Origin: Clostridia bacterium
Lineage (GTDB): Bacteria; Bacillota; Clostridia; Oscillospirales; CAG-272
Direction: 5' to 3'
Assembly: GCA_017532025.1 (NCBI GenBank)
Contig: JAFXJX010000090.1
Coordinates: 9,910-73,909, forward strand
DNA: 64,000 nt
Below the pieces are notes generated by a model. The model was not told the origin of the DNA. It ran no database searches and saw only the letters and a list, made by a program, of their open reading frames with translations. A program made the position numbers and the translations under genes. Numbering within the stretch: position 1 is the first letter of the stretch; each line of letters opens with the position of its first letter. Shown piece after piece: positions 62,170-64,000 of this stretch.

Positions 62170-62410
62170 CCTATGTGTCATCCTGAGCGAAGAAAATATC
62201 CCAGTGGGATATTTTCGTAGTCGAACTTTTCAAAATCTGCAACAAATTGCAGATTTTGAAAAGGCAAAACGCAAAGCGTTTTGAGGATCTCCCGCATTAA
62301 GTTTGCTATGCCGCCCGAGATCCCGCTTTCGCCATTTGCGTTGCAAATGAGGCTCAGCGCTGCTACGCAGTTCGACTCTGCTTCGCGCCGCTCAGGATGA
62401 CACGGGCGCC
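62170..62410. repeat. Nested-palindrome repeat, copy E. It shares the CATCCTGAGCG and GAGATCC motifs, lacks the family termini and carries extra hairpins.
   Basis: Outer perfect 15-bp inverted repeat GTGTCATCCTGAGCG (62175-62189) / CGCTCAGGATGACAC (62389-62403). At least four internal hairpins are present, e.g. CTTTTCAAAATCTGCAacaaaTTGCAGATTTTGAAAAG. Confidence 0.6.
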
Positions 62411-62428
62411 CCCACGAAAGGAGACTTT

Positions 62429-62938
62429 ATGGAATACAAGCCGCCAAAAAAGGTAGCCGCCGCGCTTTTACTCGTTGCGGTGCTATCAAGTGCTGCCGCT
62501 TCTCTTCTGGCGTTTGCCGCCCTCGGCGTGGGCAGGCGTTATCTCCTCATTGCCGCATCCCTTTTGTTTTTTGCCGTCTCCTTTCTCATCATCAGCCGCT
62601 TTGTGGTGTTCGACTGCCTCTATAAGCTCTCTGATGACTACAGCGATTCCTACTTTTCCTCTTACGTCTTTCGCAAAAAACGCTTTTATTTAGAACATAA
62701 AATCGAATTTAACGGCAAGGAAGAACTGATTTTGCTCGATAAAAAAGGCAGAAAAAGAGTAAAAAAGCTCCCCTTGCGAAAAGATATGACCTCAAACCTC
62801 ATCCCCAAGAAACGCTATGCGCTCCTCTTTTGCGAGGAAAACACCCCCGTCTATATCACCGTGGAGCTTGACGAACACTTTGCCGCGCTCGTCAAAGCCA
62901 AGATCGATCACGCCAAAAAACTTTACTCGGACAGATGA
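62429..62938 (+). CDS. Hypothetical membrane protein (two N-terminal TM helices)
   Basis: RBS AAAGGAGA. Hydrophobic segments are AAALLLVAVLSSAAASLLAFAAL and LLIAASLLFFAVSFLIISRFVVF. Confidence 0.65.
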   Translation: MEYKPPKKVAAALLLVAVLSSAAASLLAFAALGVGRRYLLIAASLLFFAVSFLIISRFVVFDCLYKLSDDYSDSYFSSYVFRKKRFYLEHKIEFNGKEELILLDKKGRKRVKKLPLRKDMTSNLIPKKRYALLFCEENTPVYITVELDEHFAALVKAKIDHAKKLYSDR

Positions 62939-62950
62939 AAGGATTCTACC

Positions 62951-64000
62951 ATGACATCACTCTTGATCCGTCTTTTTATCAAAGACCATGAAAACACCAA
63001 AAGTGCAACCGTGCGCGCCAAGTACGGAACACTCGCCGGCGCTGTCGGCATTGTTTCCAACCTCATTGTGGCGGCGGTCAAGTTCGTTGTCGGTATCCTT
63101 GCCGGCAGTGTGTCAGTCATGGCAGATGCCGTGAACAACTTTTCCGACGCGGGCAGCTCACTTGTCACCATGGTGGGCTTTAAGCTTTCGGGCAAGCCGG
63201 CTGATAGAAAGCACCCTTTCGGTCACGCGCGCATTGAATACTTAACAGGACTCATCGTATCCTTCATCATCGTGATGCTTGGTTTTACCTTCCTCACCGA
63301 ATCGATCGGCAAAATCATCAACAAAAGCGAGAGCAACTTCTCAACACTTGCCCTCATCATCCTCGGCATTTCCATCATCGCCAAACTTTGGCAGGGTCTT
63401 TTCTACCGCAGTATGGCAAAGCGCATTGCGTCCGATTCGCTGAAAGCCTCAGCACAGGATAGCCTCAACGACGTGATCTCAAGTGCCGTGGTGCTGATCG
63501 GCGCGCTTGTGGGCAAATTCACCTCGCTTGAGATCGACGGCTACGTCGGCGTGGCGGTGGCGCTCTTTATCCTCATCAGCGGTGTCAAGCTTGTCATCGA
63601 AACTGCCAATCCCCTGCTCGGCGTGCCGCCCGAAAAAGAAACCGTGCAGGCGCTGTCCGACAAGATCCTCTCTTATGAGGGTGTTGTGGGCGTACATGAT
63701 CTTATCATCCACTCTTACGGCGCTAACCGTATGTTTTGCTCGGTGCACGCCGAAGTGCCAGCCGATTGCGACGTAATGCTCAGCCACGATATCATCGATA
63801 ATATCGAAGAGGATGTCTATCAGGAAATGGGCATCTCGCTCGTCATTCACCTCGACCCCGTCACGGTGGGAGACTCGCGCATTGACGGCATGAAGGACTA
63901 TCTGAAAAAAATCCTTGCCGAGACGGCACCCAACTTGCATTTTCACGATTTTCGCGCCGTGTTTGGCGTTACGCACGATAATGTTCTCTTTGACCTTGTG
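62951..64000 (+). CDS. Cation diffusion facilitator (CDF) family efflux transporter, 3'-truncated by the window edge
   Basis: The frame is open from ATG 62951 to the window end and is not in the ORF track because no stop is reached. Motifs include VMADAVNNFSDAGSS and RKHPFGHARIEY, with a C-terminal cytoplasmic domain HDLIIHSYG. Confidence 0.85.
   Translation, partial: MTSLLIRLFIKDHENTKSATVRAKYGTLAGAVGIVSNLIVAAVKFVVGILAGSVSVMADAVNNFSDAGSSLVTMVGFKLSGKPADRKHPFGHARIEYLTGLIVSFIIVMLGFTFLTESIGKIINKSESNFSTLALIILGISIIAKLWQGLFYRSMAKRIASDSLKASAQDSLNDVISSAVVLIGALVGKFTSLEIDGYVGVAVALFILISGVKLVIETANPLLGVPPEKETVQALSDKILSYEGVVGVHDLIIHSYGANRMFCSVHAEVPADCDVMLSHDIIDNIEEDVYQEMGISLVIHLDPVTVGDSRIDGMKDYLKKILAETAPNLHFHDFRAVFGVTHDNVLFDLV

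Noticed and set aside
1-64000. Search by eye for tRNA, rRNA and tmRNA, for example GGTTCGAATCC-type T-arms in intergenic regions.
   Set aside because: None was found. All sizeable intergenic regions are accounted for by repeats, promoters, terminators or the riboswitch candidate.

Overview
This 64-kb chromosomal segment has a Clostridia-type Firmicute gene set (mrnC, gpsA, clpC, ptsI, rlmH, cinA/pncC, GGAGG-type RBSs, many lipoboxes). No rRNA, tRNA or CRISPR array was seen. The content falls into five parts. (1) Surface and glycan-foraging genes dominate the left and centre. They include a giant BspA-type LRR protein that runs off the left edge, two smaller LRR lipoproteins, GH38 mannosidase, GH78 rhamnosidase and two GH29 fucosidases. 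They also include two metallophosphoesterase lipoproteins, an SGNH hydrolase lipoprotein and discoidin-domain lipoproteins, most with Thr/Pro-rich stalks after the lipobox. (2) A decayed, AT-rich integrative island of about 5.4 kb lies at about 4.8-10.2 kb. It is bracketed by diverged direct copies of the 3' end of a phosphoesterase gene. It holds an integrase remnant, a MuF-fragment::barnase toxin with a barstar immunity gene, an XRE regulator and a coiled-coil membrane protein. (3) An XRE-controlled operon encodes a lipoprotein, an M23 peptidase-ricin-Cys-repeat membrane protein and a zinc-ribbon membrane protein. It sits behind a consensus promoter overlapped by an inverted-repeat operator. 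(4) There is a dense population of small repeats. These are GTAG-hairpin REP-like units, a MITE-like family with conserved termini (4 copies, plus one related nested palindrome) and a RAYT-type Y1 transposase gene. That gene contains a perfect inverted pair of GTAG-hairpins inside its own ORF. (5) The right half is housekeeping: glcK, mrnC, a heterodimeric ABC exporter, clpC, ptsI, a galK-like kinase, rlmH, pncC, gpsA, a flippase and a CDF transporter. Other notable points are a candidate cobalamin riboswitch ahead of an ECF transporter whose two ATPases and S component are fused in one gene, and two homopolymer-associated frameshifts (ECF ATPase 5' end, GH78 signal peptide). All calls rest on reading the sequence and ORF translations by eye and on recalled family motifs. 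No database search was run.
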